Below are positions 1 through 9,444 of a stretch of 20,000 nucleotides of DNA, in pieces; the first letter of the stretch is position 1, and every line of letters begins with the position of its first letter. The notes under the pieces were generated by a model. It saw only the letters and a program-made list of their open reading frames with translations, was not told the origin of the DNA and did not search any database. This DNA is from an uncultured virus (IMG/VR IMGVR_UViG_3300028591_000185) (lineage: Duplodnaviria; Heunggongvirae; Uroviricota; Caudoviricetes), in IMG/VR virus record IMGVR_UViG_3300028591_000185, one strand, 5' to 3'. Position numbers and translations under genes: made by a program.

Positions 1-1
1 C

Positions 2-1891
2 GGCCGCATTGGTGAGGCGTCCAGCGTTATGACTAAACGATATGCTCTTGATTATATTATGTCTGATATGGCAAAACGTAATCATTTGGAAAATCGTATT
101 TATATTCATGATTTAGATGCCTATGCAGTTGGTATGCATAATTGCTTATCTATTCCATTTGATAAATTATTAGCAGAAGGATTTAATACTCGTCAAACCG
201 ATGTGCGACCAGCGGGTTCCATTAATACTGCATTCCAGCTTGTCGCTGTGATTTTCTAGCTTCAAAGCTTACAACAATTTGGCGGTGTCAGTGCTACACA
301 TTTAGATTGGACTATGGTACCATATGTTCGGAAATCATTTTATAAACATTTTAGAGATGGTATTCATTATGTAGAACAAAAAATTTATGATTGTACACCA
401 CCAGAAGGAATGGAAGTAAAAGATATTCCAATTGATAGTGAATTTTATACAGATGCAGGATGTCCAATGGCATATGATTATGCTATGGATATGACAGAGC
501 GAGAAATTCATCAAGCTGTTGAAGGTATGTATCATAACTTAAATACACTTCAATCGCGTTCTGGCAATCAACTTCCATTTACCTCAATTAATTATGGTAC
601 TTGTACTCTATTAGAAGGTAGAATGGTTACTCAAGCTCTTTTAGAAGTATCTATTGAAGGTTTAGGCCGCATCCATAAAACATCTATTTTCCCTTGTGGA
701 ATTTTTCAAATGATGAAAGGAGTTAATCGTGAACCAGGAGACCCTAATTACGACCTTTATCAACTTGCTTTAGCAAGTACAGCCAAACGATTGTACCCTA
801 ACTATGCTAATGTTGACTGGTCAGGAAATGCAGGTTACGATAGAAGTGACCCCAAAACCTACTTCTCAACAATGGGATGTCGTACTGTCAACGGTGCCGA
901 TATTAACGCAGACCCAGGGGTTAATCCCTAGACTAAAGATGGTCGTGGAAATATCTGTCCAGTAACTATTATTCTTCCTACTCTTGCTATGGAAGCAACA
1001 GAATCTACATTACTCGGTAAGGCAGGAGAGTTTAGTTTTTATGACGATTCTGAAACAAGAATTAATAAATTTCTTGAATTATTAGACAAAGCTATTCACG
1101 ATGCTAAAGATATGTTGATTGAGCGTTTTGAATGGATTTGCGGGCAATCCGCTGAATCGGCTAAATTTATGTATGAGAATGGCACAATGAGTGGCTACAA
1201 ACCAGAAGAAGGAATTAGAAGTGCGCTTAAACATGGTACACTCGTAATTGGCCAATTAGGTCTTGCTGAAGCTCTTCAAATTCTAATTGGTTGCGACCAT
1301 ACCGAACCAAAAGGAATGGAATTAGCTAAACAAATTGAGGCATTATTTAAGACTCGTTGTGCAGAATTTAAACAAGCAGAGCATTTGAATTTTGGTGTAT
1401 ATTACACTCCCGCAGAAAATTTATGTTATACTGCTATGAAGAAGTTCCGTGAAAAATATGGTATTATTAAGAATGTATCAGATCACGAGTTCTTCACTAA
1501 CTCAATGCATGTACCAGTATGGAAAGAATTGAGCCCATTTGATAAAATTGATATTGAAAGTCAGCTTACTGGTTATTCTAATGCTGGATGTATTACCTAT
1601 GTTGAGCTTCCTTCTACTGTAATGAATAATCTTACAGCATTAGAACAAATTGTAAATTATGCTATGGATAAAGATATTCCTTATTTCGCAGTTAATGTTC
1701 CTAATGACACTTGCCTTGATTGTGGCTATACTGGCGAGTTTAATGATAAGTGTCCTCAATGTGGCAGTACGCATATTCAACAGTTACGCCGTGTAACTGG
1801 ATACCTTACTGGTAATTATAAAACTGCTTTTAATCTTGGCAAATAGGCCGAAGTTGAAGAGCGAGTAAAACATGTAGGAAAATTAGAATGA
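2..1891 (+). CDS. nrdD: Anaerobic (class III) ribonucleoside-triphosphate reductase; 5' end lies outside the window; 3 in-frame TAG read as Gln
   Basis: Track ORFs 29-259, 314-931 and 989-1846 are one frame broken only by TAG (257, 929, 1844). The linkers translate to RNR-like sequence (VIF*LQSLQQFGGVSATHLDW; NP*TKDGRGNICPVT; GK*AEVEERVKH). Motifs: HNCL, MGCRT, Zn site CLDC..CPQC, glycyl-radical loop RRVTGYL. Ends TGA 1889-1891. Confidence 0.97.
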
Positions 1892-2373
1892 GATATGCAG
1901 GAATGATTAAAAATGATGTTGCGGCAGCTCCTGGTGTTTGTGTAACTTTTTACACCCAGGGCTGTCCACATCATTGTCTTGGATGCCACAATCCAGAGAC
2001 TTGGGATTTTAATGGCGGTAAAGAATTTACCCCAGCAACATTATAGGAAATTAAAGAAGCCCTAATAGCTAATGGTATTCATCGTGATTTTTGTATTATG
2101 GGCGGCGAGCCACTATGTCGTGAAAATTTATTTTTAGTATGGGATTTAATTCAAGAAATTCATAGTTTTGATCCAACAATTAAAATCACAATATGGACAG
2201 GCTACACCTATGAAGAATTACTTGACAGAAATGAAAAAATATTATAGAATATATTAGAAAGTATAGATACATTGGTTGATGGGCCATTTATATTAAAACA
2301 ACGTGATATTACCCTTCCAATGCGAGGGTCCCGCAACCAAAGAATTATTGAGTTAAAGGAGAAAAATAAATGA
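1888..2373 (+). CDS. nrdG: Anaerobic RNR activating protein (radical SAM), 161 aa; 2 in-frame TAG; absent from ORF track
   Basis: ATGA overlap with the nrdD stop. MRYAGMIKNDVAAAPGVCVTFYTQGCPHHCLGCHNPETWDF carries CxxxCxxC, followed by GGEPL, WTGYTYEEL, LVDGPF and RGSRNQRII. TAG at 2044 and 2245; stop TGA 2371-2373. Confidence 0.96.
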
Positions 2374-2729
2374 TTATTACAGTTTGTGGTAGTAGCCGTT
2401 TTAAGAAAGAAATTCAACAAGTTGCACATGACCTTGCCATTCAAGGTAATACTGTATTGGCTCCTACTGTATTTCATCATATGGAAGAAGAAGAGCTGCC
2501 AACAGAGGTATTAATCCAATTAGATAATAGTCATAAAGAAAAAATTGAATTATCTGATGCTATTTTTGTTGTGAATGTAAATAAGTATATTGGCGAAAGT
2601 ACTTATGGTGAAATTGATTGGGCGCAACGAAAAAAGAAACAAATTTATTTCCTCGTTCCAATGGAAGAAGAAAAGACAGAAGAATCTACTCCTGTTGAAT
2701 CTGTTGAAGAGCCACCCAAGGAGGATTAA
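2370..2729 (+). CDS. Small protein of probable nucleoside 2-deoxyribosyltransferase-like fold, with acidic C-terminal tail
   Basis: AAGGAG RBS and ATGA overlap with nrdG. The pattern IITVCGS...VLAP...H..KIELSDAIFVVN...YIGESTYGEIDWA...KQIYF matches the NDT-like alpha/beta layout with a conserved helix Glu. Confidence 0.65.
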   Translation: MIITVCGSSRFKKEIQQVAHDLAIQGNTVLAPTVFHHMEEEELPTEVLIQLDNSHKEKIELSDAIFVVNVNKYIGESTYGEIDWAQRKKKQIYFLVPMEEEKTEESTPVESVEEPPKED

Positions 2730-2732
2730 TTT

Positions 2733-3254
2733 ATGAGAATTTATCTGGCTGGACCTATTTTCTATTATGGAGATTATCTTCGTAATATTGAATGGGCGAC
2801 TAAAATTCGTGAAAAATTCCCTGATGTATATCTCTATTCTCCAGTAGAGAATACTGATATAAATGGTGTTGAAGGTAAGAAGAAATTTGGAGGCTCATAG
2901 GAGATTGCAAATGGAGATAATATTAGATTAGATAATACTGATATACTCATTGCTTGCATTGATGGTGATGTATTACCCAGCGGGACTTGTGCCGAAATCG
3001 GCAAGTTCCACGAGAAAATTATGCGAGGAGATAATAAGTATATTATTGGTATTTGCACAGATACTCGCCAGTGTTATCTTACCCACAGTGAGGCCAAGGA
3101 TATTGGCGGTGCTGCTAGTCTTGGCGAGCAGTAGTATTCTTATCAAAACTTATATGTTACCGGTCTTATCAAACAGGCAGGTGTCCTTGTGAGCAATATT
3201 GATGAAGTGATTGAAGAATTAGAGCGGGTATATGAACGATACGATAATCTTTGA
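2733..3254 (+). CDS. Nucleoside 2-deoxyribosyltransferase / (d)NMP N-glycosidase family protein, 173 aa; 2 in-frame TAG; absent from ORF track
   Basis: GGAGG RBS. MRIYLAGPIF...YSPVENTDIN...EIANGDNIRLDNTDILIACIDG..PSGTCAEIG...ICTDTRQ...GEQ*YSYQNLYVTGLIK. TAG at 2898 and 3132; stop TGA 3252-3254. Confidence 0.88.
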
Positions 3255-3459
3255 TATAGGATATTATCCAATTGGAGCATATGATATAGATGATTTACAA
3301 GGCATTTGCGAATATTATGAAAAAGTAAGCCATCATAAATTAGTCTTATTACCTGATGATATACATGTAGATACTAATGTCTCTGTGGTAGAACTTAAAA
3401 AGATTTAGAATATGCTCACAAAAATAATTAAGGAAAGAAATAACAATAATGATTTATAA
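3232..3459 (+). CDS. Hypothetical protein, 75 aa; 1 in-frame TAG
   Basis: MNDTIIFDIGYYPIGAYDIDDLQGICEYYEK...KKI*NMLTKIIKERNNNDL. It fills the gap and overlaps both neighbours only if TAG 3406 is read through; ends TAA. Confidence 0.65.
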
Positions 3460-4702
3460 TATTAATGATAGATTACCTTTTGGCAAATTATTGATGTTTG
3501 CTATTTAGTTAGTACTTTCAGTATTCGTAGCAACAGTTCTTATCGCAAATATTTGCGGAGTAGCTGTTAGCGGTGCTCTTGTAGGTGCTGGTTTAGCTAC
3601 TTTAGTATATTTGGTATTAACTAAATTTAAGTCCCCAATGTTTGTATCGAGTTCAGGTGCTTTTGTAGCACCTGTTATGGCGGCACTTGCGGCCGGCGGA
3701 TATACTGCTGTTGCTATTGGTGGTTTGGTAACTTGTATTATTTATACAGTATTTGGCTTAGTTTTTACAAAAGTACCAGTAGAGAAGATTTATAAAGTAT
3801 TTCCTCCTGCGCTTATTGGAGCTGTAACTGTAGTAATTGGTGTTAATTTGATGCCCTTTATTCTTTCTTATGTTTAGATTGCTGGCGTTACTAATATGTG
3901 GGGTGTTAGTGTAGCATTAGTTACTATGTTAAGTATTGCTATCATTTCACATTATGCTAAAGGCATCTGGCGCATTTTACCTTTCTTAATGGGTACACTA
4001 ATTGGTTATGTATATGCGATTATTTTAACTATTAGCGGCGCATACCAAATTGTAGATTTTAGTGTTTTTGCCAACTTAAAATTATTTAACGTTCCAGACT
4101 TCGCTTTTCTACATTGGACTTCCGTCTCGTTTACAACAGTTCTTCCAGTGATAGTAATTTATATTGCGTATACAATTTCGGCAATGATGGAATGTTTAAG
4201 TGATCATGCTGCATTAGGAGGTATTATTGGAGTTGACTTATATAGAGAACCAGGATTAGGACGACTCTTTATGGGAGAAGGAGTCGCTAACATCGTCGGC
4301 ACTTCCGTAGGTGGCTTAGGTATCTGTTCATACGGGGAGGGCGTTGCATGCGTCGGATTTTCAAAAGTAGCTGCTACAAGAGTTACTGCGACAGCAGCAG
4401 GAATCCTTCTTCTCTTAGGATTTTTGGCCCCTGTCCAAGCCTTTATCCAATCCATCCCAAGTTGCGTATTTGCAGGAGCCGCGATTATTCTCTACGGTTT
4501 TATAGCATGTAGCGGAATTAAAATGCTTCAACGAACAGACTTAAATGTTCAGAAAAATTTAATTATTGTATCTACTGTTCTTTCTCTTGGCATTAGTGGT
4601 TTAGTAGTAGGTGGTACAACAATTAGTTTATCTGCTACTGGTTTAGCACTTGTGGTTGGGGTAATTCTTAATCTCTTATTAAAGGAGAAGGCTAATGGTT
4701 GA
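3449..4702 (+). CDS. NCS2/NAT family nucleobase:cation symporter (UraA/xanthine-uracil permease-like), 417 aa; 2 in-frame TAG
   Basis: Fuses ORFs 3611-3877 and 3896-4702 with an upstream segment MIYNINDRLPFGKLLMFAI*LVLSVFVATVL. Many hydrophobic helices plus SSSGAF, FPPALIGAV, SYGEG, IPSCV..G...ILYGFIA and NLIIVS motifs. TAG at 3506 and 3875. Confidence 0.92.
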
Positions 4703-5099
4703 TGTTATTTATGTATATGCTGACCCATATGATGATATGGTTCATTTGACTAAAAAAGAATTACAAGAATTATTAGATAGGGCATTTAAGCAAGGACATA
4801 ATTAGGGATATGCAGAAGGTCGGAATTTTTATAATTCTCCATATATTACTACAACCCCTGCAATTACATATAAACAAGAACCCGGATATAATCCTTATAC
4901 TATTACTTGTACTCATACTGGTGATGCTGTAACAATTCCTTATACAAATACTTGTACAGGACTATGTGATGCTACAGCGGAAACAGCTAGTACTAAAAGT
5001 AGTTTTAGTACTTATACTACTAGTTGTATTGATTCTATTATATTTACCAATTCAGAAGCTGAAGCTAATTATGGAATTGATACTAATATGAATAATTAA
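4695..5099 (+). CDS. Hypothetical protein, 134 aa, Thr/Tyr-rich C-terminal half; 1 in-frame TAG; absent from ORF track
   Basis: AAGGAG RBS at 4682-4687; ATG overlaps the permease end. ELQELLDRAFKQGHN*GYAEG with TAG at 4803; TAA 5097-5099 lies just before the terminator. Confidence 0.75.
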
Positions 5100-5108
5100 T
5101 AAAAATAA

Positions 5109-5150
5109 AAAAAATGGCGATTACCAATTTTTTGGTAATCGCCATTTTTT
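5109..5150. terminator. Bidirectional intrinsic terminator between convergent modules
   Basis: Perfect inverted repeat AAAAAATGGCGATTACCAA-TTTT-TTGGTAATCGCCATTTTTT, with A/T tracts on both sides and stop codons converging on it. Confidence 0.93.
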
Positions 5151-5159
5151 ATTTATATA

Positions 5160-6326
5160 TTATTTAACACGTATCCAAATACGTCCATTTACTTTTACAT
5201 TATCGCTACCCCATTCTTCATATTCAGGAATTTCACTTACAATTCCTATAATACAATCAGGATAATCCCTAATTTCTTCTCTGGTCATAATATCAACAGT
5301 ACCACCAGGAGCAGAGCAAACTGCCATCCCGGCATGATAATTATTACGATTTTGATATGGATATACTAATACACGACCTGCAACTGCAACAGGAGTTTGT
5401 GCGGTTGGGGTTGCGCCCATACAATGACCATATGTATCAGAAATTACTTGGGCTCCTGGCTATAAGCGGTCAGAAGAACAAACTAATGAACCATCATCTT
5501 GATCTATTACGACACAGCCTGGGATAAGGTCTACTGTTGTGCGGAATTCGGCATAGTCATTAAAGACAGCATTATATACACGCATTGCGCTCAAATTTTT
5601 AGCAAAATAAGCGCCACCAGAACACTATAAAGCATTATTATTATAAGTAGTTGTATCTGGTTTTTCTGCCGCTCCTGTATAACCAGCTGTACTTGTAATT
5701 ATAAAAGGACCAGAAGAACTTAAACCAGAATTTCCTAATGTTAAATTAGTAATATACGCATTATTGACTGGATAAGAAGCACTCCCTAAATTTTTAATAT
5801 AAGCTGTATGCCATCTTTTGGTACCAGAACCAATATTCCATTCTCCACCATTGGTATCAACCGCATCTTTACTAGGTAGCAAATGTCCATCAACAGTAGT
5901 TGTACCGCCTAATGAAATTTCACCGGCATCACCAGCTAATCCTTTAATAGGAATTTCATATCTATTTCCATCTATATCTACTCGAAATGTACCAGTAGGC
6001 TATTCGCTATATTTATCTGTTATGGGATCTTTTATTAATGGGGTTAATGGCTATTCAACTCCATCAATAATTTCACCAGGGAATACAATATCACTACCAA
6101 CTCCAATAATAGTAGAACTACCATCACCTTTATATAAACGTATATGTTTAGGTCCGCTTCCACTCTACCAAGTTTCCCCTTGCGCATCAGTTGGGCCGAT
6201 TGCATATGTATAAGTAGCAGCCGCTACAGCCTATAAACCAGCTTTACTAATTACATATTGCTATGTACTCGCAGGAGCAGGTGATAAATTAGTGCTTCCA
6301 TCTCTTGTAAAATTTATATCTGCCAT
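5160..6326 (-). CDS. Tail spike/appendage-like protein with C-terminal peptidase G2-like intramolecular chaperone, 388 aa; 7 in-frame TAG
   Basis: GAAAGGAG RBS, ATG at 6326. One frame joins track ORFs 5625-5882 and 5160-5420, with TAG at 6261, 6231, 6165, 6051, 6000, 5625 and 5460. The C-terminus VYNAVFNDYAEFR...ISDTYG..MG....PVAVAGRVLV...IIGIVS resembles autocleaving chaperone domains. Confidence 0.75.
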
Positions 6327-6369
6327 AAAGGATATATCTCCTTTCTCTCATTATAAAAACTTTTTCTAC

Positions 6370-6415
6370 ATACAATGTAAAAAAAGATTAAACTTTCTTA
6401 ATCATTATAGCCCAA
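6370..6415 (-). promoter_or_regulatory. Candidate phage promoter motif TTGGRC-N26-TTTTTAYATTSTAT, copy 1
   Basis: Intergenic, downstream of a terminator and ~45 nt upstream of ATG 6326. A second copy with identical spacing lies at 17491-17536. Confidence 0.5.
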
Positions 6416-6430
6416 AAGAAGATATAAAGA

Positions 6431-6457
6431 AAAGGGAAGAGTTTAACTCTTCCCTTT
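6431..6457 (-). terminator. Intrinsic terminator-like hairpin after the 6462-7079 gene
   Basis: AAAGGGAAGAG-TTTAA-CTCTTCCCTTT, a perfect 11-bp stem flanked by T-rich tracts on both strands, 4 nt after the TAA reached only by TAG read-through. Confidence 0.8.
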
Positions 6458-6461
6458 ATTT

Positions 6462-7079
6462 TTATACATCAACCCAATAGAGGCCAGCATTTTGTGCATC
6501 AATATATTGCTACATTAATTGCACATAATTAGTATCGCTTGTTAATAATGTAGCATCAATCGCATTGTAATCATGTTGCGCACCATGTATATGGGCCCAA
6601 CCTGTTAATACTTTACTTGATGCTGTTAAAGTATTAATTTCATAAAAAAGCTCTGGTGCTTCATCACTTGAAGTAGGAGCAATTTTAAAGAATTTAATAG
6701 AAAAACGAATTGTACCACTCCATTTAGTTACTGGGCTTTGAATATTCCAAGGAAAAATAATTTTTCCACTTACTGATGTAGTGTCGTAATAAGGGATAAC
6801 ATAATAGTATTCTTTATTTTTCGCATCACGGAATTGAATCATACCAACCATTTGAGCTAAATCCATAGAGTCATAATATCTATCAATAGAAAAGAATATG
6901 ATTTCTGCGGAATGGTCGGCTTCTACGCCTAAAAATGTAGGAGCATTAATTTTTCTAGTATTTAAATCTACCTCATAGATAGGTTCATCTTGAGGAAGAC
7001 GAATTCGAATGTCAGGAGGATTATACCCATCCTAAACGTTTTTTAAGAATTGCAGATATTCTTGTTCACCAGTAATCAT
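6462..7079 (-). CDS. Putative baseplate upper protein (BppU N-terminal-like) domain protein, 205 aa; 2 in-frame TAG
   Basis: GGAGG RBS and ATG at 7079 (MITGEQEYLQFLKNV*DGYNPP...). TAG at 7032 and 6510; ends ...QLM*QYIDAQNAGLYWVDV TAA. Motif DHSAEIIFFSIDRYYDSMDL...WNI...T.WSGTIRFSIKF. Confidence 0.7.
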
Positions 7080-7105
7080 AGGGAATACCTCCTATCCTTA
7101 AAAAA

Positions 7106-9127
7106 TTAGATTACGCAACGGAATAAATCGGTATATCCAATACGTCTGGTATTATTATATTCAGCTACTGTTTTAATACGATAATATCCGTTATCAGCAG
7201 GCATAAATGATTCTGCCATAGAGATTTCAATTTCTGCTGGGTCAGCCTCTTCAACTAACTCTAATGTATTCTCATCTACTTCTTGTAAGTAATACTTTAA
7301 TACACAACCGGAGAAATCAGCATATGGGAGATTATCATCAACCATTGTAAAGGCTAATGCTTGACCTAAATCTACTTGGAGAATACTATCGTTTTCACCA
7401 GTACGAGCACCGCTGTCTAATACTTTTACTGTTCCCTGTTGGCCATCAAGTGCGACATAAACACTAATTTGATTTACAGAAGGAGCAACAAATGAAGTAG
7501 TAATACTGTCAGATTCGCCTTTTGCATATGTTGCATTAAGACGATTAATAACACCAACTTTATATTGGCCTTGAGTAGTTAAACCATTAGATACTGGGAT
7601 TTCTCCTTCATAACGAGCAAAATCATATTCACCAGCAGCAATATCTTCATCAGTTAAATCAGCAAATACGGTCTCACTGCCAACAATTTTACCTTCATTA
7701 TCTAACATCACTACAGCAAGAGCACCTAAATCATCACCGCTTACAGAAGCAGTAATAGTTGGCGCACTCTCAGGCGCACTCTCATTAGAAATATAAATGA
7801 AAGCATTTTGTTCTGGGTCAATAACTTCATAAGAAGCTGGGTCAAGATTTGAAGAAACACTTAAAGTGACTTCTGGCTCAGATGCAGCAGGAACTAAACA
7901 ATAACCAGCATTATTATCAGCACCATCGCGATTAGATGAAATACTCTTTGTTAAAGCCTCAACTTGAGCCTTATCTTCATCAGATAACCCATTCCAAGTA
8001 CCATCACTAATATCAACACGAGCATTAGCTTGTACTGAATATCTACCAGCTTTATTAATAGCAAGAACGCTAAATAACTCATAAATTGGTTCGGCATCTT
8101 CTTCACCAAGAGCAGCAAAAGCATCATCTTTCTCATCACCAACCAATAAAGCATAACCACCAGTTACGGCTTTATAGTATAACTTATTGGCAGCAGGAGT
8201 GGTATCTTCAGTCTCACGATAGGTATCTACACCTACTACTGGAGTAGCTTCTTCGCCTTCAAGTGTGGCCATCCAAGTATATTGAATACTTACGCCCTTT
8301 GTAATACCAGCTTGAGCGGGCAAGTATAAAGTAGATTGAGTATCACCAGCCTCAAATGGCATATTAATTTTGGCAGGCAAGTCTAAAATCCATTCAGGCA
8401 TATCTGGCCCTTCAATTTCATCTACACGATATGAGCTATTGCGTAAACGAAGAGCGAGTTCACTTAAATAATTATTATCTACTAATACTGGGTCTTTTAA
8501 TGTTAAGCTTGTACCAACTTGAATAGTTGCAGGAATTGTGTTAAAGCTATAATCAATTTCACCATTAGCAACATGATAGAACTGAATAGAGAATGTTAAT
8601 GTTCCAGCAGCTTGAGTCATTTCCTTTTTAATTGGCCATCCAAATACCAAATAGCCAGGAATTAAATCATCGGCAGGACCAAATGCAGCTGTTGTTTGCA
8701 TATCACCAATGGCCTTAGAACCAGCAGGAGTAAATGCCCAGTTAATAACAACACGACCATTTCCATCGTCATTTAATAATTTATAAAAGCTTTGATAATC
8801 AAAGTATTTATCAATTTTAAAATATACTGTTTCTGCCCAATGGTCACCAATAACAGCAATGCCATTTTTCTTAAAGACCTGTGGAACTGTGATTACACGG
8901 CTATTGGCATCAATTTCAAACACTGGTTCATCAGCTGCCATGGCTAAGCAACGAGCGGTATATTCAGGATTTGCAGTAACGAACTCAAGAATGGTTTGAA
9001 TATTAGCAAAATACTCTTCCAAAGACTTGATTTCAAGGCTTAATCCCTTTTTTGCAAAGGCTGCATTCATTAACTCAAAACGAGCTTGATATATCTCATT
9101 GTTTTCAGCAGTTAATTTTGTAATCAT
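7106..9127 (-). CDS. Putative virion/baseplate protein, 673 aa, with N-terminal BppU-like domain followed by acidic beta-rich (Ig-like?) segments; no TAG
   Basis: Intact ORF with AAAGGAAG RBS. The segment DHWAETVYFKIDKYFD...WPI...T.AAGTLTFSIQF parallels the downstream gene. Confidence 0.7.
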   Translation of the reverse strand: MITKLTAENNEIYQARFELMNAAFAKKGLSLEIKSLEEYFANIQTILEFVTANPEYTARCLAMAADEPVFEIDANSRVITVPQVFKKNGIAVIGDHWAETVYFKIDKYFDYQSFYKLLNDDGNGRVVINWAFTPAGSKAIGDMQTTAAFGPADDLIPGYLVFGWPIKKEMTQAAGTLTFSIQFYHVANGEIDYSFNTIPATIQVGTSLTLKDPVLVDNNYLSELALRLRNSSYRVDEIEGPDMPEWILDLPAKINMPFEAGDTQSTLYLPAQAGITKGVSIQYTWMATLEGEEATPVVGVDTYRETEDTTPAANKLYYKAVTGGYALLVGDEKDDAFAALGEEDAEPIYELFSVLAINKAGRYSVQANARVDISDGTWNGLSDEDKAQVEALTKSISSNRDGADNNAGYCLVPAASEPEVTLSVSSNLDPASYEVIDPEQNAFIYISNESAPESAPTITASVSGDDLGALAVVMLDNEGKIVGSETVFADLTDEDIAAGEYDFARYEGEIPVSNGLTTQGQYKVGVINRLNATYAKGESDSITTSFVAPSVNQISVYVALDGQQGTVKVLDSGARTGENDSILQVDLGQALAFTMVDDNLPYADFSGCVLKYYLQEVDENTLELVEEADPAEIEISMAESFMPADNGYYRIKTVAEYNNTRRIGYTDLFRCVI

Positions 9128-9160
9128 AAACCTTATATCTTCCTTTCTTATAAAATAGGG

Positions 9161-9191
9161 AGGAGAGGAAGAAGTAAATTCTTCCTCTCCT
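9161..9191. terminator. Strong intergenic hairpin (terminator or mRNA-stability element)
   Basis: AGGAGAGGAAGAA-GTAAA-TTCTTCCTCTCCT, a 13-bp perfect stem. The U-tract on the coding (-) strand is weak (CCCTATTTT). Confidence 0.55.
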
Positions 9192-9217
9192 TATTTATTA
9201 AAAAATATTTAATAAAA

Positions 9218-9424
9218 TTATTGAATATTGACCTCTTGCCATTCTGCAAGTTCGTCTTCTGGAATTACTATTTGAGAGATAAAAGATTTATTATCTTTCG
9301 TAAGCACTTTACCAGGGTCAGCTGTAAGTTTAAAATTTCTTACATAATAAATATCTTCTAAATGAATAGGAGAAATAATTACTCCATTAGTTCCAAGATA
9401 TTTATATAACACTTGTTTAGTCAT
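9218..9424 (-). CDS. Hypothetical 68-aa protein downstream of the giant tail-associated gene
   Basis: AAAGGAG RBS, intact ORF, TAA stop, fills the gap between neighbours. Confidence 0.8.
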   Translation of the reverse strand: MTKQVLYKYLGTNGVIISPIHLEDIYYVRNFKLTADPGKVLTKDNKSFISQIVIPEDELAEWQEVNIQ

Positions 9425-9444
9425 AATTGTATTCTCCTTTATTT

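Noticed and set aside
2..1891. Intron or intein in nrdD
   Set aside because: The gaps between track ORFs are short, in frame and encode RNR-like sequence; no homing endonuclease or splicing motifs were seen.
335..4455. Track ORFs 335-535(-), 2208-2480(-), 2834-3058(-), 2950-3192(+), 4204-4455(-)
   Set aside because: Antisense or out-of-frame shadows of well-supported genes, with no recognisable motifs.
2..4702. nrdD, nrdG and the permease as pseudogenes or sequencing-error fragments
   Set aside because: All interruptions are TAG, with no frameshifts or internal TAA/TGA, and catalytic motifs are intact. Decay or error would not be restricted to one codon.
9194..9216. AT-only inverted repeat TTTATTAAA..TTTAATAAA
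   Set aside because: Low complexity; expected by chance in AT-rich intergenic DNA.
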